A stretch of DNA of 248,000 nucleotides from Wallemia ichthyophaga EXF-994 (Eukaryota; Fungi; Basidiomycota): contig NW_008806283.1 of assembly GCF_000400465.1 (NCBI RefSeq), positions 20,001 to 268,000 of the forward strand. Reading direction: 5' to 3'. Below the pieces are notes generated by a model. It was not told the origin of the DNA, did no database searches, and saw only the letters and a list, made by a program, of their open reading frames with translations. The position numbers and the translations under genes are program-made. Shown here piece after piece: positions 76,731 to 88,409 of the stretch (position 1 is the first letter of the stretch; every line of letters begins with the position of its first letter).

Positions 76731-77840
76731 ATGGATAACAAGCGTAGAAACGATGAATCCCAGGAACATCAATCGCAATCCAAGAAACCGAGAAGGAAGA
76801 ACGTATCCAGCGCGTGCTTGTATTGCAGGAGAAGCCACATGACTTGCGATCAAGGAAGGCCGTGTCAGCGATGCATAAAGCGTAACATACCCCACTTATG
76901 CCACGATCCACCTAGCAAGAAGGATGATAATGATTTGGATTCATTCGATGCACATACTCAGCCCATACAGCCCACTCAGTCCACTTTAGTACAGCCCCCA
77001 CCAACCAATACCAGCCTTGGCTTTGATTTGGAGTTCGGCGGTAGCTTGGATGACTTGCTCAACGCACTTGGAATGCCTGAAAATCTTCATCCCAACTCAA
77101 TGTCTAACAATATACCTTACGCAGCGGCATCCACTAGCACCACCAACACTAATGGTATATCCCGTGCTCAAACTCCAAGCTACATACAGAACCCGAAACA
77201 CCGCTTCTTCTTCACTGCTGCTAATCCACCGATCCATTCCACCAGGGAGGAGCGACTGAAAGCTGTCCTTACTGCTAAACACGAAGCTGGTCTACTTAAA
77301 CCATTTAATTACGTCAATGGCTACGCTAAGCTTGGTAACTACCTTAACCAATCTGTTTCACCGCGAAATCGAGTGAAAATTCAATCATATTTGTCACGTA
77401 TCAGATCACAATTCGCTAACATCGCTTCTAATCTCTCGGAATGGGATCTCACAACTACAGAAGAGAGTTTTGAGAGACTGCTACTCGATTACGATAGAGT
77501 CTTCTCCATGATCGCCCTACCTAGCTGCTGCTGGAGACGAACAGGTGAAATATACAAAGCTAATAGGGAATTCGCAGATATAGTGGGTTGTGACGTCGAT
77601 ACACTAAAGACTGGCGAAATCAGCGTACACGAGTTACTCGACGAGGACAGCTTGACAAATTACTGGAGCAAATACGCTCAGTTGGCATTCAATTTCGAGA
77701 GTAAAGGTGTTCTTACTGCCGGATCGCTTATCAATAAACACAACTCCGCCTCGATTCCTTGCAATTTTAGCTTCAATATTCGCAGAGATGCGTTTGGAAT
77801 ACCGCTCATGATCGTCGCAAACTTTATGCCACTGTCGTAA
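76731..77840 (+). CDS. Zn2Cys6-PAS transcription factor, Ert1/Rds2 family
   Basis: ACLYCRRSHMTCDQGRPCQRC; LLKPFNYVNGY; CCWRRTGEIY. Confidence 0.85.
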   Translation: MDNKRRNDESQEHQSQSKKPRRKNVSSACLYCRRSHMTCDQGRPCQRCIKRNIPHLCHDPPSKKDDNDLDSFDAHTQPIQPTQSTLVQPPPTNTSLGFDLEFGGSLDDLLNALGMPENLHPNSMSNNIPYAAASTSTTNTNGISRAQTPSYIQNPKHRFFFTAANPPIHSTREERLKAVLTAKHEAGLLKPFNYVNGYAKLGNYLNQSVSPRNRVKIQSYLSRIRSQFANIASNLSEWDLTTTEESFERLLLDYDRVFSMIALPSCCWRRTGEIYKANREFADIVGCDVDTLKTGEISVHELLDEDSLTNYWSKYAQLAFNFESKGVLTAGSLINKHNSASIPCNFSFNIRRDAFGIPLMIVANFMPLS

Positions 77841-78034
77841 TTAGCATTATGGCATTATGTATTCAATTAAGAGGTAGCGAGTAGGTTACAAGATCCGTAT
77901 CGCTAGGCGTGTTGGCGTTATCAAGAAATTTCAAATGTAAATATAAATTGAGTAATCAGGAGTAATTTGAGTTGATGATCATTAAGTGAGCCAGACGACT
78001 AAGCAATCCCTGCTCAGTGTTTGAGGTGCCAAAA

Positions 78035-78679
78035 TTATGCGGAGATAGGACCACTTGAGGAGCGCGATCTCACTGAGATGACGATGATGACAATCATAGC
78101 GAGGAAAATGAGTACTTTGAGGATGTTAAGTGGATGAGACATAAAATTTTCAAGCGGACAACTCACCAGTGTCAATCCACGTGAGACCCAAAATGGCGTT
78201 GAGGTGGTGACAATAAGTGTAGTCTGCGAATTTGCAGCTGACACCGCCACCAAGCTCAGCAGTGATCGCAGCAGCACCTGCAAGCCAAATACAGAAGGTG
78301 AGAACGACCCAAATGAGGCTGAAGTGGTTAGATGGGGAGAGTGGATCGATGAGAGACTTACTGTGACGCAACGCTCAATAGAACACCGCCAGAACCCATT
78401 GGAACAGCGAGGAATCCAACGAGATAAGCGGAGGCAGTCACTATAGTCCATAGTGAACAGACTGTGGCGGGTGACGGTGAGAATTTTCACAGCGTATAAA
78501 AGACACCACGCACACAAGATGTATCTGACAGTGTTGGAAACGCCCTCGCTTAGGAAGCTGTCGTCGCTGTTGTAACGATCAACGAGGAAAGCGGAGATGG
78601 ACATGAGGACGATGGAGAAGAGAATGAGGACGCCAAAGTAAATTGGGTGACCCTTCTTGATTGCTGTTTCTGTGGCCAT
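78035..78679 (-). CDS. MARVEL-domain membrane protein, multi-exon
   Basis: Four hydrophobic helices; WLAGAAAITAEL in alternate exon frame. Confidence 0.6.
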   Translation of the reverse strand: MATETAIKKGHPIYFGVLILFSIVLMSISAFLVDRYNSDDSFLSEGVSNTVRYILCAWCLLYAVKILTVTRHSLFTMDYSDCLRLSRWIPRCSNGFWRCSIERCVTVSLSSIHSPHLTTSASFGSFSPSVFGLQVLLRSLLSLVAVSAANSQTTLIVTTSTPFWVSRGLTLVSCPLENFMSHPLNILKVLIFLAMIVIIVISVRSRSSSGPISA

Positions 78680-79024
78680 TTTAAGATAATTCGATTATTT
78701 CGATGGTGGTCGTTGTGGATCAACAATTTTTGGTGACGCCGGCTCCAATTTAATCTTTGGTCGGTGGGAAAGGCGATGGACTGACGTGATGTGTGTGTGA
78801 TATGATATCGCTCATTGCTTGTAGATTCTGTATGCTTTGTGTGCCTTGTGTACTCCCCCTATCGCCCTCGTCTGCGTGTCGTTCACCCCTATAGGCTCGC
78901 AAAACGGCGAAAGTTAATTAGAAAAGAGATGGCTGGTGATAGCGTGAATATTTTCAATTCCTTCATTCCTTCATTTGTTTCCTCTTCTCCGATGATTCCC
79001 TCTCCTCGTTTTCCCCCATCAGCC

Positions 79025-82000
79025 ATGGTCAAGCGCAAATCAGAGGCAGCAGACACGGCAAACACGCCAAACGCGGCAGACGCGGCATCTGTACTCAAAT
79101 CGGCCTCATCCAAGAAGCACAAAACTTTCGACGACGCTGGCAGTACCAACAACGGCGCTGAGATCGACTTTCCTAGAGGCGGCGGCACTGGTCTTACCAA
79201 CCTCGAAACAGCACAAGCCAAGCAAGAGGGTAGAAGGGATGCCGATAGGGATGTTTCCTCCAAAAAGAAGCCAGCAAAGGTGCGTCCATTCCCCTTCAAA
79301 TCGTGCAATTCTAACACACTCGACAGAAGCCAGCAGCGAAGAAGCCAAAGAGAGATACTCAGAATGATAATGCTATCACTGATAAGATTAGAGTCGAGCA
79401 TCTCAACTACAAGCGGGCTGTGCCTGGTCTCAAAGTACTCGCACAAATCATTCAAATTACTCCAATCGAGCTTATCGTATCTCTCCCAGAGCAGCTCCTT
79501 GCTCACATTCCCATTACAAACATTTCTACACACTTCACAAACCGTTTGGATAACGCGATGAACGATGACAGTGACGATGACAGCGACCAAGAAGAAGACG
79601 CATCCGATAAAGAGGACGACTCTCTCCCTGAGCTAGATGATCTTTTTCATGTCGGTAGCTGGGTGCGTGCCGTCGTTTTACACACCCACAAAGACACAAA
79701 CTCAGGCAGAGTCAAGAAGGAAGGCGAGGAACTCATTAAAGCTTCCCGCAAGCTAGAGCTCACCCTCGATCCACGTAGTGTTAACGAAGGCCTCACCGCT
79801 AAAGACTTTGTCAAGGATTTCACCACCGTCGGTGCTGTCAGAAGTGTTGAGGATCACGGTTATCTGATTGACCTCGGTGTGTCCGACGTTGATGGTTTCG
79901 TCAGCAGTAAAGAAATGAACAAGAGCGGCTTCGATAAAGCCATCGCTGCCCAAGTTGGCGCTTTACTCCCACTGACAGTCACCAGCAAAACAAACAAAGT
80001 CGCAAACCTCACTCCTAACTTACATACTTTCGCTAAATCTTACATGAACGAGGCTAATACGCTCGAGTCTGTCATTCCTGGTGTACTGCTCAACGCTATG
80101 GTCACCGCTGTTCTTCCCGCCGGTCTCAATGTCCGTTTCTACGGTTTCTTTGACGGTACAATCAGTAGAGATCATATCCCATTTGAAAAAAAACCTCTGT
80201 CGGAGCGTTTCCCTGTGGGTAAGAAGATCAAAGCGAGGGTGGTGTTCGATCATCCAACGAGTAACCCCAAGCGGTTCTCCCTATCGCTCCTCCCCCACAT
80301 TGTACACCTCACCAACAGTTTGACGGAAGAGAGCGAGGATGGACAAACAATCTCAGACGCTTTCGCCAGAGGTAGAGTAGTTGAAGGTGTCCAAGTCATC
80401 ATGGTCGAGAGTGAGAAAGGATTGTTTGTGACTATACCTGATAGTACACTCATTGGATTCATACATATCTCGCAAATTGCAGACGACCACACTCCCTCCC
80501 TCAGTAGCAGCAGTGGAGCTACGAAAGTGGGTAGTACGCACACAGCGCGTGTCGTCGGAATAAGCTATGTTGATAAAGTAGTTCAACTCAGTATCAAGCC
80601 GAGCGTGCTACACAAGACGTTCATGAAAGTTTCAGATGCACAAGTGGGAGCTGTTGTAGATGGCACAGTGCGCAAGATGGCCGACGACAGGATGTTCGTA
80701 TCGATTAGTGGCAGTGTGGATGCTATAGTGTGGCCAGTACATTACTCAGATGTGAAGCTCAAACATCCCGAGAAGAAATACAGACCGGATATGAAAGTCA
80801 AGACGCGTATCTTGTCAGCGGAAGCTGACAAGAATAGAATTACGGCTACATTGAAGAAAACACTCGTTAAGAGTGACCTCCCTATCGTCACTAGCTACGA
80901 TCGCTCTCAGAAGAACACTATCACTCACGCTACCGTCTCCTCAATTAAAGAAAAAGGAGCTATTCTGGAATTTTACAATAACGTCAGAGCTTTCTTGCCA
81001 GTGGGAGAGATTAGCGAGAGTTACACTAAACATGCTCAGGATGCACTGCATATCGGACAGGTCGTCAAGGTAGTCATTATCAAGGTAGAGACTGAAGAGG
81101 GGAGAATGATGGCCAGTATACGTAAAACGGTGCCTAAGGAGGAGCGAGATGCTTTGGTGAAGGAGAGAAAGTCTGAGAAAAAGGAGGTGAATGAGGAGAT
81201 GAAGGTGAAGGAGGACGAAGGAGAGCAAGTTGCAGGTGACGAGGATATCGATATTGATAACGCAATAAACGAAAATAGTCAATCTGAATCAGACGGCGAA
81301 GCTGTTGGGTTGCAAGTCGAGGAGGAAAGCTCCGATGAGGAAGACGACGATGTAACGATGGAAGACACCACCAACAAGAAGCCCAAAAAGACTACAAAAG
81401 ACGTCGATTCTCTGAGTACTGGTGGATTCAATTGGGATGGAGAGAACGACAAGAAAGACTTAGAACAAGAAGGCACTAACTCAGACGACTCTGACTCTGA
81501 CAGCGACGCCTACTCTGACGCTAATGACGACGGTAAGCGCAAAAAGAAGCGCAAATCGACGAAGCACTTTGAGGGAGATCTCACCGCGACAATGAACGAA
81601 AAGCCGCCAGAATCCTCCAACGACTTTGAGCGACTACTTCTCGGTTCGCCCAACTCATCCTACGTGTGGATTCAGTATATGTCATTCCAGCTCAACCTCA
81701 GTGAGATAGACAAAGCACGTGAGATTGCCCAGCGTGCACTCAAGACCATCGGGTTCAGAGAGAGTCAAGAGAAGTTCAATGTATGGATAGCGCTACTTAA
81801 CCTGGAAAACACATTTGGGGATGAAGATACATTTGATAAGACATTCAAGGAGGCTGTAAGCTACAATGATCCACTCACAATGCACATGAAGGTGGCGGAT
81901 ATACTCGAGGCGAGTGAAAAATATGACAATGCGAATGAAGTTTATGTGAAAGCGACCAAGAAATTCGGCGCTCATATCATACTCTGGGTGAATTACGCTG

Positions 82001-82478
82001 AGTTTAAATTCCGCGTGGAAGATGCGAATGGAGCGAGAAGTCTGTTGACGAGGTCGCTCAAATCGCTCGACAAGAGGGATCGTGGGTTTAGCTGACTTAA
82101 TTTATTAGCAACAAGACTAACAAACAACCTACAGACGTCGCGTGTATTTCTAAATTCGCTCAGTTGGAGTTCAAAGTGGGCGACGCCGAGCGCGGGAAGA
82201 CAATATTCGAGGGTATTATAGAAAGCCACCCTAAGCAACTCGACCAGTGGTTCGTGTATATAGACATGCTCGCGCGGACAGAGGATGTGGCTGGTCTGCG
82301 CAATGTGTTTGAGAAGCTCCTTGCGCTCAAGCTGTCTACTAAAAAGGCAAAGAGTGTTTTCAAGAAGTGGCTCACCATAGAGAAGGAGATTGGTGATGAA
82401 AATGGTGTGAGGGATGTCAAGCAGCGTGCCGTCGCGTGGAATGAGCAGCGTGAACAACATGGCCAGCACGATGAATAA
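79025..82478 (+). CDS. RRP5: rRNA biogenesis protein Rrp5
   Basis: DFPRGG, S1 repeats, FERLLLGSPNSS, HAT repeats. Confidence 0.92.
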
Positions 82479-82548
82479 TTAGTAGATGGAGAGGGAGTGT
82501 ATTTATTTATTTAATCCATTTATAGATGCATATTACAAAGTGCTCAGA

Positions 82549-83916
82549 TTACATCTCCTCCGTCCATCCCTGGATAGCACTAATAGCGAGCTCTTGGGGA
82601 ACAGGTCTGAATCGACTCCAGCTGTCTTCTATGTTCAAACTCTCTCCCTGTGTGTCGACACCGAGCATATTCGAGTGCCACGCCTTAGGTCTACTACCAT
82701 CGACAAACAAGAAACCCAAACCCATTAAAAACGGCGACTGCTTATACCACAAAGCTGCGACTCTATCAAAGTAAGTGGCTAATTGACCATCTGGTTTGGT
82801 AGTAGAGCCGCTATTACCAGAAGGGGCATCTGGCATACCTTTTTCCGAGGCGTATGTAAGAGTGACAGAAACTAAATTTGGGAGGTGATCGATGAACGCG
82901 CAGCTGAAGCGAATCTCACCAACGAGACGTTCCTCGAGTGTAAGTTCAGGCGGAGCGAGGGCATTAGTGTTACCTATAGCTAGGCTGGAGAGTGTGTTTT
83001 TGAAAGGAGCGAGAGAGCTAACGATGTCAAGGAAGTCCATAGTGAAGAGTGTTTCATAGGCGAAGGATGTGAGGGGACGTCCCTCCAATACTTTTAGTGT
83101 AGACTGCACTTCCTCGAGACTCGAGTCACCGTCTTTATGTGGGATGTAGCGCAATCTCTTGAGACCCGGTGCGGTACCGTCGCTGCCAAGCTCCACTATA
83201 TCGTCGGAACGACCCTCGAAAAGTTCCAACAGAGGCAGTGAGCCATCTGGCAAGTCTTCCAGGGCTTCCGAAGACTCAAGTTGGTCGTTGGGGAGGCGCA
83301 ATTGACGTAGGTTGCGGGAATTCTCGAGACAGCTTCCTAGCACGGATTTGTTGGGGATGGAGCCTCTGATGGAGAGCGATTCGAGAGTGTGGATGGGTGG
83401 TAGGCGAAGATCACTCCACAAACCCTCGTTAGTAAGAATGGAGAGATCTTTGAGCTTCCTGAGAGTAGCTAAGGAATAGAGAAGTCGCTGGAATGACTCT
83501 TTCTCGGCGTGTGTCCACGTCGATGGACTGATAAGCTGGATAGCAACAGACTCGAGCTTTTGTAAACGTACTATCAATTCAGATAGCTCAGAATGGTCTG
83601 CTATGTCCATGCTGGAATCCAGCTCACGTTTCAAATCAGATTCTTGTTGGGTGGTTGGATTGCCTACGACTAAAGAAAGGTGGTGTACGGACTGGCAGTT
83701 GCGGGAAGAGAATAGGCCGGATTGAATGACTTTTGAGGTGTAGACGCCAGCTTCAAGGCTGAACAAACGCAGTTGGATGTTACTCAGGATAATGCTCTTG
83801 GATAGTTCAAGTAAGCGCTTGTTGGTTGTTCTAAGAGAGTAGACAGAGTCCAAGTCAAGGTAATCGTCTATTATATGGCTAATAATTTCATCGGGCAGGT
83901 CCAGGAATCCTCTCAT
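82549..83916 (-). CDS. F-box/LRR-like protein
   Basis: MRGFLDLPDEIISHIIDDYL...LRTTNKRL F-box; leucine-rich repeats. Confidence 0.65.
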   Translation of the reverse strand: MRGFLDLPDEIISHIIDDYLDLDSVYSLRTTNKRLLELSKSIILSNIQLRLFSLEAGVYTSKVIQSGLFSSRNCQSVHHLSLVVGNPTTQQESDLKRELDSSMDIADHSELSELIVRLQKLESVAIQLISPSTWTHAEKESFQRLLYSLATLRKLKDLSILTNEGLWSDLRLPPIHTLESLSIRGSIPNKSVLGSCLENSRNLRQLRLPNDQLESSEALEDLPDGSLPLLELFEGRSDDIVELGSDGTAPGLKRLRYIPHKDGDSSLEEVQSTLKVLEGRPLTSFAYETLFTMDFLDIVSSLAPFKNTLSSLAIGNTNALAPPELTLEERLVGEIRFSCAFIDHLPNLVSVTLTYASEKGMPDAPSGNSGSTTKPDGQLATYFDRVAALWYKQSPFLMGLGFLFVDGSRPKAWHSNMLGVDTQGESLNIEDSWSRFRPVPQELAISAIQGWTEEM

Positions 83917-84025
83917 GGTTGTTATGTGCCTGGGGAGACCAGGAGAGACACCAAGCGAGAAGGCAGAAGTTTTTAATGTTTGATAGGAATAAAGATTAGA
84001 TATAAGATAAGGTAGAAACGTATTG

Positions 84026-84640
84026 TTACAAAGATGGTTGGCCACCTTGGATGAAGTTCTGAATAGTTGAGTTGTGGATTGGAGGATTGTGAGGTTGGAT
84101 ATGATTATTACTATTGCTATTACTGTGACTATGGCTATAACTGCGTCGGTGGCTTTGTCTGCCACTCCAATTTGAGCTTGAGCTGCTGCTAGTTGTGCTT
84201 GTTGTGCTACTGATGGATTTGATTTGAGTAGAATTGGACTGTGAGTATCTGTGACTGTGGTGATGGCTATTATTTCCAGGCTTAGAATCCACGCCGCTAC
84301 CCAACTTGAATCTCCCAAGCGATCGTTTAAAGAAGGCGCCGAGGCCACCGTGGCTTACTTGAAAATCATCCACAGGCTCACTATCATCAACAACCTTCTT
84401 CTTCTTGCCTCTCTTTCTCCTGTGCTTATCGTCGTGGTCATGATGCTCATGCTCATCATCGAGCTCAGTGATCCCGCCAATCAGACTATTCAACTCAGCC
84501 AGTTTTGCCTCCTTCTTGGCCTGCCGTTGTCTCTCTAGGTGCTGCTGATGAAGTGCTTTGCTGGCTTCTGTAGAGGACACCAAGTATCCATCGCAGGTGG
84601 ATTCTGTAGGCAGTGGCAGTTGCAGTTTATCTCTGTGCAT
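84026..84640 (-). CDS. Hypothetical low-complexity protein
   Basis: 204 aa ORF. Confidence 0.35.
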   Translation of the reverse strand: MHRDKLQLPLPTESTCDGYLVSSTEASKALHQQHLERQRQAKKEAKLAELNSLIGGITELDDEHEHHDHDDKHRRKRGKKKKVVDDSEPVDDFQVSHGGLGAFFKRSLGRFKLGSGVDSKPGNNSHHHSHRYSQSNSTQIKSISSTTSTTSSSSSSNWSGRQSHRRSYSHSHSNSNSNNHIQPHNPPIHNSTIQNFIQGGQPSL

Positions 84641-85125
84641 TCGGGTATATGATAGTTGTTGGTCGTAGTGTTAGCTAAACAAGTTGAATAGTTTCCGGTT
84701 TCGTATTCGATTAGTTACATCGGCCAAGACATGCAGACTGGCAGATACTTGCCATGTGATTTGCTTGTGTATAACGCGTAAATCGTGCTTGTTCTACGCG
84801 TGTATCATCCTCACAGACGCACCTTCCCTTCCCAGATCACCTCCCATGCCTTTCCACTTTCGCGTCTGACAGCCAGGCACTGACTTAACTGACAGCTGCT
84901 TTGCATCACCTGACTGCATCTGCATATGCACCTGCACCCGCTCTAGCTGACACAAATACAATCCACTCTCATGCAGGGTATAAGTGGGGTGTAGATCCAC
85001 GCACCCCAAAAAAAAACTCAAAGTAAAAGTAATTCATTGCATGTGTCGATGATTAACATGTCGTTAAGAGTGTCGTAACTTGCGTTATTGCATATTTATT
85101 AGTGTTTATGGTTATTCAAACTGAG

Positions 85126-85635
85126 CTACTGCACAACAAGCACAGGTAGCTTGGTCTGCTCAATCACCGCACTGCTCACGCTCTCGCTAAACAGTTTCTT
85201 CCATTTCCCGAGAATCCTTCTGCCCACGATAACAAGATTGACGTGATGGTAATTGCACACTCTAGGAATAGTGCTCTTAGGATCACCATGTGCGACGTGG
85301 ATAGTCATCTCAATCCCCTTCTTCTGCTCTTGAAGTGTCGCTGTCACTTCTTCCCTCCTCAACTTGAGCTTGTCGAGGGCGACTTGGCGATCCCTAAAGA
85401 ATGCATTGATACGCGGATCAATTGCAGCTCCATCAGTCTTTGCCTCGTCAACACCGACGTAGATTGAATAATCCAAGTGTCTCTCTAGTGGTTTAAGAAT
85501 CGTCACCAGGAACAAATGATCTCCGCTCTGAGTGAGGTTCTCCAAATAATACTCAAGCGCTCCAATAGACTCTGCACTCTCGTCGTACGCTATCAGAACA
85601 CGACGAGTATCACTGCCAAGCTCATGCCCAGACAC
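85126..85635 (-). CDS. Universal stress protein (USP) domain
   Basis: RRVLIAYDES, LVIVGRR, SVSSAVIEQTKLPVLVV. Confidence 0.8.
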   Translation of the reverse strand: MSGHELGSDTRRVLIAYDESAESIGALEYYLENLTQSGDHLFLVTILKPLERHLDYSIYVGVDEAKTDGAAIDPRINAFFRDRQVALDKLKLRREEVTATLQEQKKGIEMTIHVAHGDPKSTIPRVCNYHHVNLVIVGRRILGKWKKLFSESVSSAVIEQTKLPVLVVQ

Positions 85636-86110
85636 ACCCTTTACCGTGTGGTGCTCTGTTAATGGCAGTGAAGGTTCTCTTGCGCGAATTGGATCTGTGT
85701 TTGTTTAGCAACTCAAACTCCCGCTAAACGTACACTCATCGATTACCTGGTGGAATTTCCTCTTGGCCCTCTTTTTCAGGGAACTTGGACGCTTTTACTG
85801 AGCTATTGCCGAATATGTTGACCATTATGTGTTGCGTGTTCGTGACTGTTACAATTCACACTATATATCCCATATTAACCCACCTCCTTCTCACGCTGCA
85901 CATCTGACCAGCAAGACATTCATGACATAACCTCCAAGACATTAATAATGCTTTTCACTCTCACCAATAGAGTTTCAATAAATTATATTTGTATGTGTAT
86001 TGTATTGTGTATATTACAAATGACAACAAAGTCAATAAAGCAAACAAAGATGAAAATTTAGCTATAAATCAAGTTCCATGTGACATTTGAGTATCCAAAT
86101 CAACTCACAC

Positions 86111-87506
86111 CTACTTGGCAAAGACTTCCTTCCTTGACGGCGAGTTAGCTCTGGTGTTGGGTCGGTGAGAAGCCGGTGTATTATGAGAACTACCTCCCGC
86201 ATTAGCGTTAGGTTGAGGTGTAGAGTGATTGCTATAATCCATACTTTCATCATCCTCATCTTCCCTGTCATCTCTATCATAACTCGTATTGTTACTATTG
86301 CTATTGCGCGTGTTGTGTTGTCCCAACTTGCCCCCTGTCCCGTTTTGTCCAGACTTGCGCAGGTATCGCTGTCGTACTTGGTGGTACGAGCGAGTTCCCA
86401 CCATCTTGCTCACCGCATCCCATTTCTGTCCATGGATTGACACCGCTTTCGCGAGGAGCGCATCTTCCGCACCTGTCCACTTAGTGTATGGCGCACGCGA
86501 ATTGTTCGAAGGTCCCACTGGTCGCATTGAAGTGAACCCAGCTGGTGGGATGCTGAATGCTGCCGATGGGTGATGCGAGGGGTGTTGCTGCATTGGATGA
86601 GGGGCGACAATTGAAGGTGGAGGTTGAGGTGTATTTTGTGTGTGTTTTGTAAGTTGTGTGTGTTGTATTTGTGGTGTTTGTCCTTCCTGTACGCTTTGTA
86701 CTCCCGCTCCTTGCTGTGGATGCACTACTGCCTGTTGAGGCATTGGAGGTGTCGCACTCACCCCTAAACCACTCATTCCCACTCCCGGCTCAGTCTTTAC
86801 GCGTGGGCTGCTTGCATCCGTCTTAGGTGTGCCCCATGTGAGTCGCTTCTTCGTTGGGGATTCAACAGGCGAAGAGGGCGTCGGCGGGGAGCTGCCTCTC
86901 AGTCGCAGTGGTGGTCCCAACTCGTTGATATGCTCTCTATCCTTCTCGAGTGCGTTCAGCTTAGGTGGCAGCGCATACGAGCTCGTCGGTGTTTCATTAT
87001 TGCTCTGTTCCACTGCGTGATCGGCGAGAAAATCAAGCGCCGACCCCTTGTTGTCCTGCTGCTGCTCCTTCATCTGTGTTGTTGGTTTCGTTGGACTCGA
87101 ATTGTAGTGTAGATATGGATCCTCGTTCCTGTTCTCCCCACCAGTAACGTAATTCTTTCTGTCAGTGCTGTTAGATATGGTGTTGATTGCTGGTAGTCTT
87201 CTTCGCTTCGGCGAGGTTTGAGGGGATGGGGAGTATGGTCGAGGCTTGGTAGGCGATCTGCTCACACTGCGCCCGTGCTGGTTGTCAAAGACGGAAGTAG
87301 CTGCATTTATGAGATTCTCTATGCCATTGTGCTGCTGCTGTTTGGGCGTGGAGGATGACGCACTGTGCATGGCTTTGCGCCGCGATATCTGCTTGGGTTG
87401 GAGCGATGACTGTTCTTCAGGGTTATTGGATTTGCGAATAAGCGTGTTTAAACGTTTGGAAGCAAGGAGTAGATGCTCAGCGCGTGCGTCACCCATCCCA
87501 TACTGA
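86111..87506 (-). CDS. Myb/SANT-domain protein
   Basis: YTKWTGAEDALL...GQKWDAVSKMVGTRSYHQVRQR. Confidence 0.7.
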
Positions 87507-87658
87507 TCAGAGCGTGAACCATCACCGTCATGCCAAGCAGCGTCTTTCCAGGCCTCAATACCTGGATGAGCTTTGGTGATGAGCGTAGCGCGTATCTGAC
87601 GTAATTCATTTTCTAATCTATTCGCCCTACGTAAGGCTTCCTCGAGCTGTCTCTGGTG

Positions 87659-88108
87659 TTAAAAAAAAAAAAAGCGGAAATAAAAAAAAGCACCAACCTT
87701 ATTTTTAAGAACACGCTTATCGCCAACTAGCATTCTGTTCTCAGATTGAATATCTTGGTGAAGTACAGAGGTACCTTGAGGCTCAATCTCATCGTGAGCT
87801 TCCCAGCGAGTGAGGCGTGCATCCCATCGAGATCTCTCCAATTTCCAAGAAAGAGCTTCGGCTTGCCTCTTCAACGACTCCAGCTCAATTTTATCGATAT
87901 TGTTATTTGTGTGAATTGATTGTTTTGACAGTGTGTTTGAAGATTCAATAGCGTGATTTAATAATTTCAGTGAAGTGGCGTATAGGAATGGTGCATCCCC
88001 GTGTTTGTCATCTAATACCGCTCTTAACCCACTCAACTCACTCAAACTCAATAGATTTCCCCCTGGCTCCGATGGCTCAGAAATAGGTGATGGCGGGTTC
88101 TTGCTCAT
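87659..88108 (-). CDS. Hypothetical coiled-coil protein
   Basis: 149 aa ORF, ends at a probable intron. Confidence 0.4.
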   Translation of the reverse strand: MSKNPPSPISEPSEPGGNLLSLSELSGLRAVLDDKHGDAPFLYATSLKLLNHAIESSNTLSKQSIHTNNNIDKIELESLKRQAEALSWKLERSRWDARLTRWEAHDEIEPQGTSVLHQDIQSENRMLVGDKRVLKNKVGAFFYFRFFFF

Positions 88109-88409
88109 TGGTCGTTCTAGTCTAAGATATAATTTCCTGTAACTTCCTTATTTAGCAATTATTTTATATATTCGGCGTGTTTGGCGATTTGTTAATTTGA
88201 TTTTGTGATGGTGGATACTCAATCAACTTAACATTTTGATTTCTGAGATTTGATTTTTTATTTTTTATAAATATAAAGATGAGTAGAATTTGGAAATTCA
88301 GGTGTTATAGCTGCTAAGCTACATACTCGTACAACTCACACACTCAAATCTCTACTCCCTGTTATTCCCATCTATCACCCCAACCACCATCATTTAAATT
88401 ACTTTTAAA

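Noticed and set aside
83917-84348. N-terminal extension of the 599-aa ORF
   Set aside because: The F-box starts at MRGFLDLP (83916); the upstream part overlaps another same-strand ORF in a different frame and looks non-coding.
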